Source of the DNA: Saprolegnia diclina VS20
Taxonomy: Eukaryota
DNA length: 64,000 nt
Reading direction: 5' to 3'
Assembly (NCBI RefSeq): GCF_000281045.1
Contig: NW_008246105.1
Span: 467,762-531,761 of the forward strand
Below are positions 22,058-32,876 of the stretch, piece after piece. Every line of letters begins with the position of its first letter. Position 1 is the first letter of the stretch. A program made the position numbers and the translations under genes. The notes under the pieces are model-generated. The model was not told where the DNA came from and did no database searches. It saw only the letters and a list, made by a program, of their open reading frames with translations.

Positions 22058-22873
22058 TTAGGATGCAGTGGAAGCAGCCGCGACTTTGCCTTTTGTGTTG
22101 CCGTACGAGAGCGACCGCTGCCGCCGAGACGCGGCCGTCGCTGCGTTCGTCGATCCTTTAGCAACGCTAAACTGCGGCTTGCGTGAGAGAGCTCGGTGCT
22201 GGTACTTGTGCATGACCTCGGCGAGGAGCACGTGGAGGCCTTCTTGGGGCACGCGCGGCTGCCGCGGCGACGAGGCAGTGGGCGGTCGCCGCCGCTTCTT
22301 GGGCGAGCTTAGCAGTGACGGTGACGAGATAGGCGCGGAAGAAGGAGACGTTGGACGAGGCAGCGCGTCGCGTACGCTCAGCACCGCCGAGGTCATGTTG
22401 AAGGTCGTCAGAATGAGCGCGAGCTGCGTCGGTGCGTCCGTGAGCGAGTGTCGCTGCCGTCGAATGGACGCCTTGAGGAGCGGGCGGAGGCAGTCGACGC
22501 CGTAGCGCGGGATCCACGCGCCGATCGTCTCAAGGCCCAAGACGCAGCTCAGAAGACGCATGCTGCGCACGGACGTGACCGGCACGCCCGCGGCGAGGGC
22601 CGAGAGCGCCGACGCCACGTGCCGAACGACGCCAACGTTGAGGTCGTCGAGCGAGAGGTAAAAGTTGTCGACGTCCTTGGCGACGGTGCCCAGCATAGCC
22701 TCGACGATCGGGTGGTCCTTGGGGTCGTATAACAAGGGACCTGCGTCGTTGTTGTCGCTACTCTCGGTACGTGGCTCTGACGTCGGCGCGTCCTCGGTGC
22801 AGATAGAGAGCGTCTCGATCGTCGGCAAGGGTTCCTCCTCGCTCGGCCGCGTTGGCTCCGCGTCAGTTTCCAT
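22058..22873 (-). CDS. Hypothetical protein
   Basis: ORF from ATG 22873 (METDAEPTRP), GC-rich codon use, helical middle; no family recognised. Confidence 0.6.
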   Translation of the reverse strand: METDAEPTRPSEEEPLPTIETLSICTEDAPTSEPRTESSDNNDAGPLLYDPKDHPIVEAMLGTVAKDVDNFYLSLDDLNVGVVRHVASALSALAAGVPVTSVRSMRLLSCVLGLETIGAWIPRYGVDCLRPLLKASIRRQRHSLTDAPTQLALILTTFNMTSAVLSVRDALPRPTSPSSAPISSPSLLSSPKKRRRPPTASSPRQPRVPQEGLHVLLAEVMHKYQHRALSRKPQFSVAKGSTNAATAASRRQRSLSYGNTKGKVAAASTAS

Positions 22874-22990
22874 CCGAGCGCGTCTGAAACCGGCCACCAA
22901 TAAGGATGTCAAAGAGCAATAAGTGCTGAGTTGATAATTGGCTTGACAGTAGACGAGTCCAGCTTCCTACACTAGTGTTCATCGCACGCC

Positions 22991-24933
22991 TCATGCACGG
23001 AACGAGGGGCGCGGTTGCTGCTTCTTCATGGCCTGTACAAACAGCGAGACGTACTTGAGCTTGCGCGAGATGGTAGACGGAATACTCGCGACGGCCGAGG
23101 CGCCCAAGGGATACTGCTCGTACCGCCCGCCGTCGGGCTCTCGAAACTCAACAGTCGACGCGCCGCCGTCGAGGAGGAGTTCGCTTCCGTCGACGAATGC
23201 GATACGCAAGGTGCCGTCTGCGAGGCACTCCCCACGGCCAATGCTAAAGAGGTCGGCCGACCGCACCGAATCCGAGTCGGTCTTGGGATGACGTGGCGCT
23301 TGCTGCTGCGCGCGGAGCTTCCGCTCGAGGCTTTCGTTGCGCTCGAGAGTTTCGATCACATCGTCCGAGAGACGCAGCGTCGTCTCGATGGGTTTGGGCG
23401 CGGCGAGGTACAGGTACAGGCACACTTGCGCGAGGCGCACCCACGTCAGAGTGCGCGGCGAACTCGGCGCCACGTCCGTGACGCACACGTCAAAATGCGC
23501 CTCGTGACGGAGCTGGCCCGTGACGCGGGCATCGTGCAAAGAGTAGCGCACGACCTCCCCCTGCCTGCCATGGAGCGTCAAAGCCTCGGGCGTCCACGTG
23601 CAGCGCAGCGTGCCCATGATGTCGTCGGGAGGCAAGTCCAGGATCGAGTGGTACTCGACGGTAAAGTCCACGCTGTCGGGGAACGACGGCAGCGACTCGT
23701 CTTCGACCGCCGTTGTGTCGCTACTACTGGCTGCCCCCGATCCTCGCGGAGGGCAGCGGTCGTTGGCGGTGATCTTGTCGAGCATGGTTTGCAGCTATCT
23801 CGGAAAGTGGGTCAGTCGTTTTATAAAGAGCAAAAGACCTTGGCAATGTCTTCGTCTTCAGCGTCGCTCAAGTCACTGTGCTGCGACGACGACGACGCGC
23901 TTGAGGAATCGGCGACAACGACGGCCGGTGCCCGGCGGCTGCGCGCAGCGCGCTTCGTCTTGGCCGCTTTCCTGCGCGCGGTCGTCGGCTGGAGCCACGG
24001 GTGGTGCGACAGCGCGTGGCACGGCAGTCGCTCGGCCGGCTCCTACGCCCGCGTCCAGCCTTGGATGCAGAATGAGGCTTCTCTACCACGCAAAGCAACG
24101 ACCGCACAAAGTCCTGCGCTGTCGACGACACGAACGGCGGGAACGCCAGCGACGACGTCTGCGCGCTAATGTTGCGCAGCGTATCGCTACCGCAAAGCAC
24201 CCGTCGTTCAAGCTGCAGGACACAGAAGCGGCGTACCTGACCGAGTCGCCTTGGAACGGCGGGTGCCCCGTCAGCAGCGTGTAGACGATGCAGCCGATGG
24301 ACCAGAGGTCGGCGGCGTACGAGTACGGCTTGCCGAGGAGCACCTCGGGCGCAATAAAGTTGGGCGTCCCGCAGATCGTCGATGGCAGCGCGTGGCGGGT
24401 GACACTCGTCGCCAAGCCAAAGTCGGCGATCTTGAGCGTGCCATGCTCGGTCACGAGGAGGTTCGAGAGCTTGAGGTCGCGATGGATGATGTGCGCGCGA
24501 TGGAGGTAGTCGACGCCAGATATGAGCTGGTAGACATAGTGCTTGACCTCATCCTCGACCACGGCCCTGCATGGACGATCGTCGGTATATGCATGAGAGT
24601 CGATGGATCGCACCGCTTGCCCTTGACGAGCGCCTGCAGGGACCCATGCGCGCATGGCTCGAGCACGATGAAGACGTTGCGCGCGTCCTGGAAGACGTCG
24701 AGGATCTTGAGAATGTTGGGGTGGTCCAGGCTGCGCTGGATCGCCAGCTCCTGCATCTCCTCGGACCGTGCCTGCGACTTGGACTGCGTCCGGAGCTGCG
24801 CATGCTGGAGCTTGTCGACGACCTTGATGGCGACGAGCTCTTCGTCGCGGAGGCGCTGTGCCCAGTACACCTGGGCCGAGGACCCGGACCCGAGGAGGTC
24901 CCCGAGCTCGTACTCCTCCAGCATCCCCGCCAT
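22991..24933 (-). CDS. PLK4: Polo-like kinase 4 (SAK)-like Ser/Thr kinase (multi-exon)
   Basis: Kinase motifs VAIK, HRDLKLSNLL, DFGLA and TICGTPNFIAPE. The C-terminus GRGECLADGTLRIAFVDGSELLL...IPSTISRKLKYVSLFV resembles PLK4 polo-box 3. Four short introns give a continuous frame. Confidence 0.75.
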
Positions 24934-25462
24934 GTTGCTGTTTAACCCAGGCTTTAACGTATAGGTTTTACTCGCGTCTTTCGAACGCTCTCGAACCCAG
25001 GATGGCGCATCAGGGATGGCGCCTCTCTCGTAGCGCTTCCCATAGAGCTGTCGCCAGTGTGTCTTTGGCGCCACTCGACATGCTACTCATGCAAGGGCCG
25101 CCAAATTTCCCGCAACTGCGGCGCTCCAAGGTGCAGAAAAGGCCCACGAGCGATCCAGATACCCTCGGAACAGCGCGTAGCTGCTCTGCGCTGCGCCATC
25201 GGGTGCGTCAGCTGCGGCGGCCAGCTGAGCGCTTTGTAGAAAGGCGGCCAGGACGAACAGCAGTCGCGAAAGTAGCTCGGTGCGCTCGACTTCAATGAAT
25301 AAAACGCGATAAACCAGTGGGTTATTTGCTCCGGTCGTATTAAATGCCACAGGTAGAGCGAACGTGACCTCTGAAAACAAGTATGCATTCTGACAGTATA
25401 GAGTGGAACCTCCGATATTGGATAGTCCTGGGAAGTGTGTGGTTCAAAGAAAGATCCACGCA

Positions 25463-26705
25463 ATGGGCCGACGCAGCTTCAGTCGCAGCCCGAGCCGCGG
25501 GCGAGGCCGCGGAGGACGCGGACTTCGCCGGAGCTTCAGCCGCGATCGCGGGCCGCGCGGCCGAGGACGTAGCTATAGCCGCAGCGCCAGCCGCAGTCGC
25601 AGCGACAGCCGCAGCAGCCGGTCGAGCTACAGCTCTCGGTCCAGCTCCGGGTCACGCTCGCGATCGCGTGGCCGCAAGAGCCGCAGCCGCAGCAACGCGT
25701 CCAAGGGCCGCAAGAGTCGCAGCCCAAGCCCCGACGACGGGGCCTCGCTGCATGTCGCGAACCTCACACGGTACTCTCGAGCGACTGGTGGTCAAGGCTC
25801 GTCAAAACTGCGTAGGAACGTCAACCCGGACCACCTGTCCGAGATCTTTGGCAAGTTTGGCGTTATCCAGAACGTGAACCTCGAGACAGACAAGGTCTCG
25901 CGCCTGTCCAAGGGTTTTGCCTACATTCAGTTTGCCAAGCGCGCGGAGGCCGAGACAGCCCAGCTTCACATGCACGAAGGGCAGATTGACGGCAACAAGG
26001 TCCAGGTCAACTTTGTCTTGGTCGAGCGCAAGTCGAACCGCAGTCCGTCGCGTTCGCCGAGTCGCAAGTCGAACGATCGCCGGCGCCGGCCGTCCCCTTT
26101 TCGCCGGAGGTACGACGAGCGTCCATACGGGCCAAAGCACGACCTTGCTGTGCCTAGATCGCCTCCGAACAATCGCCGCGCGAACTCGCCCTTCCGTCGA
26201 CGGTACGTTTATCAACACGCCTGCCGCCCAGCAAGAAACTCATGCGTCACTGATAGGAGCCGCTCTCCGCCGAATGGCGGTCGCCGGGGTCCATCGCCCT
26301 TTCGCAGACGGTAGCTTACGACCCGCACGTGGTGCTGGACTCACGCTGGCCGCTCGCTCGTAGAAGCCCGCCCCGCGGAAATCCCCGATTCCAGAACGAC
26401 CGCCGCCGGCCGTCGCCGTTCGTGCCCCGTGGCCGCCGCCCATCTCGGTCTCGCTCGCGGTCGCCGCCGCGCCGCCGTAGCCGGTCCCGCAGTCGCTCGC
26501 CACGGTATGTCCGAGGTTGTCTTGCCCGAACCCAGCCTATCACTGTAGTGGTGGATACCGCAAGCGAACGCGCAGCTTCAGCAGCCGGAGTCGCAGCTCC
26601 AGCCGCAGTCGCAGTCGCAGCCGCCGTCGCAGCCGTAGCCGTAGCAAGAGCCGTAGCAAGAGCCGTAGCAAGAGCCGTAGCAAGAGCCGTAGCAAGAGCC
26701 CGTAG
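25463..26705 (+). CDS. RNPS1: RNPS1/SR45-like SR protein with one RRM (6 exons)
   Basis: RS-rich N- and C-termini around the RRM LHVANLTRNVNPDHLSEIFGKFG...SKGFAYIQF...MHEGQIDGN. Introns 25771-25815, 26110-26157, 26203-26256, 26311-26363 and 26505-26548. Confidence 0.88.
26639..26698 (+). repeat. 12-bp coding tandem repeat, 5 copies (RSKS)
   Basis: ccgtagcaagag occurs five times in the last RNPS1 exon. Confidence 0.95.
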
Positions 26706-27118
26706 GGTCTCGTCCATGATGATGCGTCGGCTTAACCGGACGCCTGCGTGCGAATGTATATCTCTGCATCTGGCTGCGTCATCGAGTTCAGCACCCAAGA
26801 AGCATTACGCTCCACGATCGCACTCCATGCGTCAGCGCTCGTACGGTACTGCGATGCTGGCCGGCGACCACGGCCCGTCGCGTGGTCGTCGCCGTCGTCC
26901 TCCGTCGATTCCTTTCTTTTTCGAGAGAATTGCGACCGTGTTCGCCCGTTTTATGGGTCCCCCCCTCCGCATTTTATTGCATTTCACTGTACGCGATACA
27001 AATCCCAAGTGTCAATAAATCGGAGATAAAAAAGTGTGATTGGCATAGGCCCATTTTGCGGATAGAACACGTAAAGGCTGACCATATTTTTGGATCCAGA
27101 CCAAGCGCAGTCCGTACC

Positions 27119-29125
27119 ATGCCCAGCACCCCCACGAGCCGACCGGCCAAGACCACCAGCACAAGCGACGCCGCCCACAAGCGCTGCGCCGACGACAACA
27201 ACCTCGAGACGCTGACCGCAAGCGTCGAGACAGCGCTCATGGACGACGACGTCGACGTCACGATCGAACACACGCTCGTGCCCGGCGACTTGACACTCGG
27301 CCCGATCATCGGCCACGGCGCCTTCTCGACTGTGTACTCGGCCACGTACAAGGGCAAGGCCGTCGCCCTCAAGCGCCAGACGAAGGATGCCCACATCTTG
27401 CGCGAGCTCGCGATCCTCCAGCAGATCGACCACCCGCATTTGCTCAAGTACATTGGGTCGTGCGAGTACGAGCACATGGGCAAGAAGGAGGTGTGGATCG
27501 TGTCCGAGTTTTACAAGGGCGGCGACGTGAGTAAGTTATTGAAGAAGTCGACCAAGAAGCGCGACGCCTTGTCCTGGCTGCAATGCGTCCAGATCGCACT
27601 GGACGCCGCCGATGCGCTGCAGTATCTCCACGAGCGCAGCATCATCCACCGCGACGTCAAGTCGGCCAACATCCTCGTACGCTCCATCTCGCACACGTTA
27701 CCTCTCTCACGCCCTTTTGTAGCTTGACGCCAACCTGCGCAGCCGCCTCTGCGACTTTGGCTTTGCGCGCAAGGCCGTGCACCACGACGATGGCCACGAC
27801 GGGTACTCGTCGGACGAGAACGCTGGTGGGCGCATGCGACGCAAGATGTCGCTCTGCGGCACGGACGCCTACATGTCCCCGGTACGCTTTCTCGATCTCA
27901 CCGCATCGGCCACACGCGTGCCTAGGAAATGTACTTCAACGAAGACTACAACGACCGCGCCGACATGTACTCGTTCGGCGTCGTGCTCATCGAGCTCATT
28001 TGCCGGCGTGAGGTACAATCTTGTGGATGGATGAAAGCTGACGCGTTCGACGCAGGTCAACAAGGACGACTTTCTCCTGCGCGTTCCGGCCAAGAACTTT
28101 GTCATCGACCTCGACGAGTTCCACGCTGCCGTGCCCGCCGACTGCCCGCCGTCGCTCGTGCTCCTCGCTGACAACTGCACGTCGTTCGAGCCCGACGGCC
28201 GGCCCAGCAGCCACGAGGTTGGTATCTTATTGCAGCTTATTGCCCGTGAGCTCATGCCAACTAGGTGGTCGAATGGCTCGAAGACCTCAAGAAAGACCTT
28301 GTCGAAGCGGCGATCGCGACGCCCGAAGCGTCGGACCCGCTCGACGACGAGGTGCGCTCCGTGCTGGAAGAGTCGTCGCGGTTCTCGATCGCCGTGCACG
28401 AAGACGAGGCGCCGCCGGCGTACGAAGGCGCGCTCCTTTTGCGCAACTGCGTCGGTCGCTGGCGCCAGCGCTACGTGGTCGTGCGTGACTCGACGCTGGT
28501 CGTGTACAAATCCCAAGCCGTGTACGAGGAGATTGCCCAGCTCGAGGCCGACGGGCACCAGAAGATCAAGCACAAGCCGTCGCCCGTGCCCTTGGACCAG
28601 TGCCAACTCTTTCAGGTAACGACGCCGCTGGTCAAAGACATCTCCGTCTTCGGGCTCCGCATCAATATCCCGACATTCATGCATCGCCTGAAGAAAAAGG
28701 CCCGGCGCTGGACGCTCAAGAGCAAGAGCCTCCATAACAAGTGGGCGTTCCAGGCCGCGTCGCTCCAGGAGATGCAGCTCTGGGTCGCGCTCTTTGTACG
28801 CGCGATCAAGGTCGCCGTGCACCAGTCGCCGTGCCCGTCCAAGGCCATTGCCGAAGAAACCTCGGTCGACACGAACGACGAGATTTACAAGTGGCTCCAC
28901 GCGCTCGGCGCCGCACAGTACCATGCGACCTTCAAGGCCAAGGGCTTTGGGACGCTCGACTTTATCCGCGAGGTACCTCGCTCTCGATACACTGATAGAT
29001 TGATGATTCGATTTGCGCAGACGGGGCTCGGCGAAGACGACTTCAACTTTCTTGGCATTGAGAGCGCCAAGGACCGCGACGCGCTCACCACGGCGGCGCT
29101 CCTCCTCCGCGGCGAAGCGTACTAG
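27119..29125 (+). CDS. TKL (LISK/TESK-like) protein kinase with PH-like and SAM domains (multi-exon)
   Basis: GHGAFSTVY, HRDVKSANIL, DFGFARK, MSLCGTDAYMSPE, DMYSFGVVLIELI; PH-like WRQRYVVVRDSTLVVYK...FQAASLQEMQLWV; SAM-like IYKWLHALGAAQYHATFKAKGF...DFNFLGI. Confidence 0.88.
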
Positions 29126-29190
29126 CCTCCGCCTGTCTGTATGTACACAACGAGAATATGATGATGATGCAACCTGTAAGAAAACTCGTC

Positions 29191-31005
29191 TCAACCTACT
29201 ATCCACACGTCGTCGTGGGCGAAGCGCGCGAGCGTGCACGCGCCCCTGTACCCGTTGCCGTCGTGAAGATGTAGCTGCCCGAGGAGGTCGTGGCGCAGCA
29301 GAATCAGCTCCCGCGTCAGTCGCCGCTTGAACCCCGGCAGAGACGTGAGCGACCCGGTGAGGACGATCGACGCGGCGAGGTCGGCGCGCACCACCGGGTT
29401 GCAGCGGTCGATCGCGCAGATGAGCGCATCCTGGAGGCTCGTGTTGCCTACGAACGAACCCTAAACACGCGAAGTGGTCGCGAGCTCCGAGTACCGTCGT
29501 CGCAACGCCTCGGGTGGAAGAGCTCTTCGGGGCCTTCAAAGAGCACCGCCGACGACGTGCAAAGGCGCTCGTTGCGCCACGTCATGTGCACGTCCGTTGG
29601 TCTATAGTAGCATGAGCATCAAGGCTAGAGAGAATGAGAAAATGTACTGCTTGGTGCGCTCGGCGGCCACGTCGTAGGCCACAAACCCATGCATCGTCTA
29701 CGCAGCGTGCATGGATCGACTGCTGCGGCTGTCGTGCACTGTACCAGCAGGTGCTCGGCCGCGTCATGCTGGTCTTCCTCGTCGAGGACGGCATCAAATG
29801 CGCCATGCCCGCGCAAAGCGCCCCAGGTGGCGCTGAGGACTGCATCGCGGCCGCCGGGCACATTCATCGTCGCGTGGGCCACCTACGACACTCCGTAGAG
29901 CGCAATGTGCGCGTCGTCTCACGTACGATGCAGTCGTTGTAGATGGGAACGATGGTCGTGGAGTACGGCCCGACGTCGACGACGACGCCGCTCGAGAGGC
30001 CCGCCGCTCGCAAGACGACCTCGGCCGTCGTCGTCAGCAGCAGTGCCGGCACGCAGAAGTCGTGCAAGAGCAAGCGCGAGACGCGCGCGCGCTCGGACGC
30101 TGTCCAAAGCGGCGGGTGCACGAGCACGACCTGTGGTCCGTGAAGCACGTTGGTGCGACGAGGCGGCGACCTACCTTGAGCGTCTCGCTGGGGGCACCCA
30201 GTCGCTCGAACACCGTACGCAGGCACCGTCGCAAGGGCGCTGACCGGTCCACGAACGTCGGCTGATACCGCCGCGAGGCCAAGGACGCAATCGACGGCGC
30301 CTGCAAGAAGATGCAGTCCTGTTCACGGTTCATGGCCCAACGCACCTCGAGCGAAAGCGTCGGAAGCGGCATCGTGTCTTCGTCGTCCGGGACAATGCCT
30401 GCTTGGACGCGCGCGGCGCTCTCCATGTAGAGCACGGCTGTGTCGGGCACCTTGTCCGGCGGCAGGTGCCGGGGCGCGTCAAGGAGCCGTCGACCAAAGC
30501 AATTTTGAATCCACGTCAGCGCCGCGTCATCGCCTTCTGTCGCGTGCACCATGCACTCGGCCAGGGCGTCGGCCTCGCCCGTATGCAGCTCGTGCAAGAA
30601 GCAGGCGGCGACCGTGTCGTAGACGCCGCTGCGCAGCCGGTCGAGCGCGGCGGTCGTGGCGGCCACTTGTGTTTCGAGAGCGTGCAACTGGGCCGCGTGC
30701 ACCGCCGCCCGCGCCGCCGCCACGGCCGCGACGGCCTCGAGCTCGCTGGTGAGGCCATCGATCGTGGCCCACAGCCTCGCTTCGTTCTGAGTCTCCGGCT
30801 CCACATTTGGCGGCACGTCGTCGCACGGCGCGGGTCGGCTCTCGACAGGTGCGTCGGCGCTCGCCACCGGCGTCCGCGGGCGACGCACAGGTATTCGCGA
30901 CGCACTTGCCGAGATGTGGTCGCTCTTGGAGGACGCGGTGGCCACGATCAGCGCCGTGCCCGACAGGCTCATCGAGCGCATCCGGAGGCGCTTCACCTCG
31001 TCCAT
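29191..31005 (-). CDS. Divergent actin-related protein with N-terminal coiled-coil extension (multi-exon; start may be 30981 or 30972)
   Basis: Actin-fold motifs VVLVHPPLW..ERARVSRLLLHDFCVPAL, SGVVVDVGPYSTTIVPIY, PGGRD, EELFHP and IVLTGSLTSLPGFKRRLTREL. Confidence 0.8.
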
Positions 31006-31053
31006 CTGTGTAGCAGGTTCGCTCTATTTATAGTGGGCGAGAAAGGCGGCGTC

Positions 31054-32029
31054 ATGAAGCGCTTCCGCCACAAGCGGGCCGCCGGCGCGGTCCGACGATG
31101 CTTGATGGCGCGCAGCTGACGCGCCTTTGTAGGTGCGCGTGGGGGCCGAGCCGCCAGCGAAGATCCCGATCCGCATTGAGCGACCTCGCCTCCAAGCCAC
31201 GCCGCCCGCCAAATACGACGTCCAGCCGACGAGTCCCGGCGTAAACCTTGGGGACACCGAGGTGCGGCAACTGTGGCAGTCGTTGGAGGCCGTCACGATG
31301 GAGCTCGAGTTTGCAGCGGCCGTCACCGCGGCCACCAAGGAGCGCCACGCGTGCGAGAAAGCCTACTGGGCAACCGTCCTGAGCGCGCGCGACGCGACGA
31401 TCGCGGCCCAGACCCAGCTACTGCAGCGTCTCTGCACCGCTGCCGCCAGCCAAAACATGCACATTTTGGACGCCGTAATCCTCGACCTGGCACCGTTCGT
31501 AGACCCGGCGCTCCTTCGCGCCAGCAGCGAGCGAGCCTCCATGGGGCGCCACGACGTGGATCTATCTCGACCGATAATGGCTGATGCCGCTACGGCGTGG
31601 AGCCTGTCGGACATCGCTTCACCACTAAAGCAAGGCGACCTGTGCAGTTGGCGCGATGACAGCGACGTCGCAGCTGAGCCCGAAGACTTCACCGCATGCG
31701 ACAGTCCAGATGAAGATGATGCAGCAGTCGAGGTTGTCGCCCTACGGCGCGTCGCTGCAGAGACCGCTGCGATTGCAAGCTCACTCAGCTCTTGGGTCGT
31801 GCCGACCCGCAGCGTCCAGCGCCCCGAACCCATTCAAGTTGAAGTACAGCCGTTGCCCAAGCTGCAACTCACACCAGTCCACCGGGCCAAGCTAATCATT
31901 AGCAAAGCCGACCACTACGCATCTTATTCTGCTTTGTTGACACTTGAGACACCTTGTCCTCGGCGCAAGCGAAGCGTCGGCAACGCGACCGTTCAAGATC
32001 GTCGCAGCAGTTCGAAGAACCTTTTATAG
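31054..32029 (+). CDS. Hypothetical protein (probably 2 exons)
   Basis: ATG 31054 (MKRFRHKRAAGA), a GT..AG intron ending at 31132, then a 298-codon open frame with a short coiled coil; no family recognised. Confidence 0.6.
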
Positions 32030-32164
32030 TAGATATATTGCGAGGGCTGATGGCAATATCGTTTTATAGAGGAAAATCGAAAGTGCAAAGTCGACGTGAG
32101 TGGCCAGCGTGTGTGGCACAGCATTTACTGACTGCGTAATTTTCCCTACGAAGCTATAAGAACT

Positions 32165-32809
32165 ATGTTCCGCAAGACCGTCCAGCGCGCCATGAGCACG
32201 GCCGCGGCCTCGGGCGAGGCCACGATCGACGGCTTCGCCAAGATGCACGCGCCCAAGCTCTCGCTCTTCGGCCTCCACGCCAAGTACGCCAACGCGCTCT
32301 ACTCGGTCGCCTCCAAGCAGAACGTGCTTGAGGCCGTCGAGGGCGAGCTCAAGACGATCCATGAGGAGATCGCCAAGAACCCGACCTTCGCCGAGTTCCT
32401 GAAGGACCCGACGATCGCGCGTGGCGAGAAGAAGGCCGACATTGCCAAGGTCATGGACGCCGCCAAGTTCTCCAAGCCCGTCTCGGGTTTGTTCACGGTC
32501 CTTGCCGAGAACGGCCGCCTCGGCGACGCCAAGCACGTCATTGCGGCGTACAACCGCTTGATGCGCGCCCACCGTGGCGAGGTCCAGGCCAAGATTACGT
32601 CGGCCGACCCGTTGACGAAGGAGCAGCTCGCGCAGGTGCAGACCGCGTTGAAGGCCCGCATCCAGAAGGGCGAGACGCTCCTCTTGGAGACGGTCGTCGA
32701 CCCGACGATCCTTGGCGGCCTCAAGGTCCAGATCGCCGACCTCTTTATCGATCTCTCGCTCTCGACCAAGATCGAGAAGATTCACATGATCCTCTCGACC
32801 CGTCAATAA
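32165..32809 (+). CDS. ATP5PO: Mitochondrial ATP synthase OSCP subunit
   Basis: LFGLHAKYANALYSVASK, LAENGRL, AHRGEV..ITSADPL, VDPTILGGL.V...FIDLSL; presequence; strong codon bias. Confidence 0.96.
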   Translation: MFRKTVQRAMSTAAASGEATIDGFAKMHAPKLSLFGLHAKYANALYSVASKQNVLEAVEGELKTIHEEIAKNPTFAEFLKDPTIARGEKKADIAKVMDAAKFSKPVSGLFTVLAENGRLGDAKHVIAAYNRLMRAHRGEVQAKITSADPLTKEQLAQVQTALKARIQKGETLLLETVVDPTILGGLKVQIADLFIDLSLSTKIEKIHMILSTRQ

Positions 32810-32876
32810 ATGTCCTGGCGCGCCAGCCTGGCTTCTACTAAAGTGAACACGGCGTATATTTGATCGTAGTCTACCA

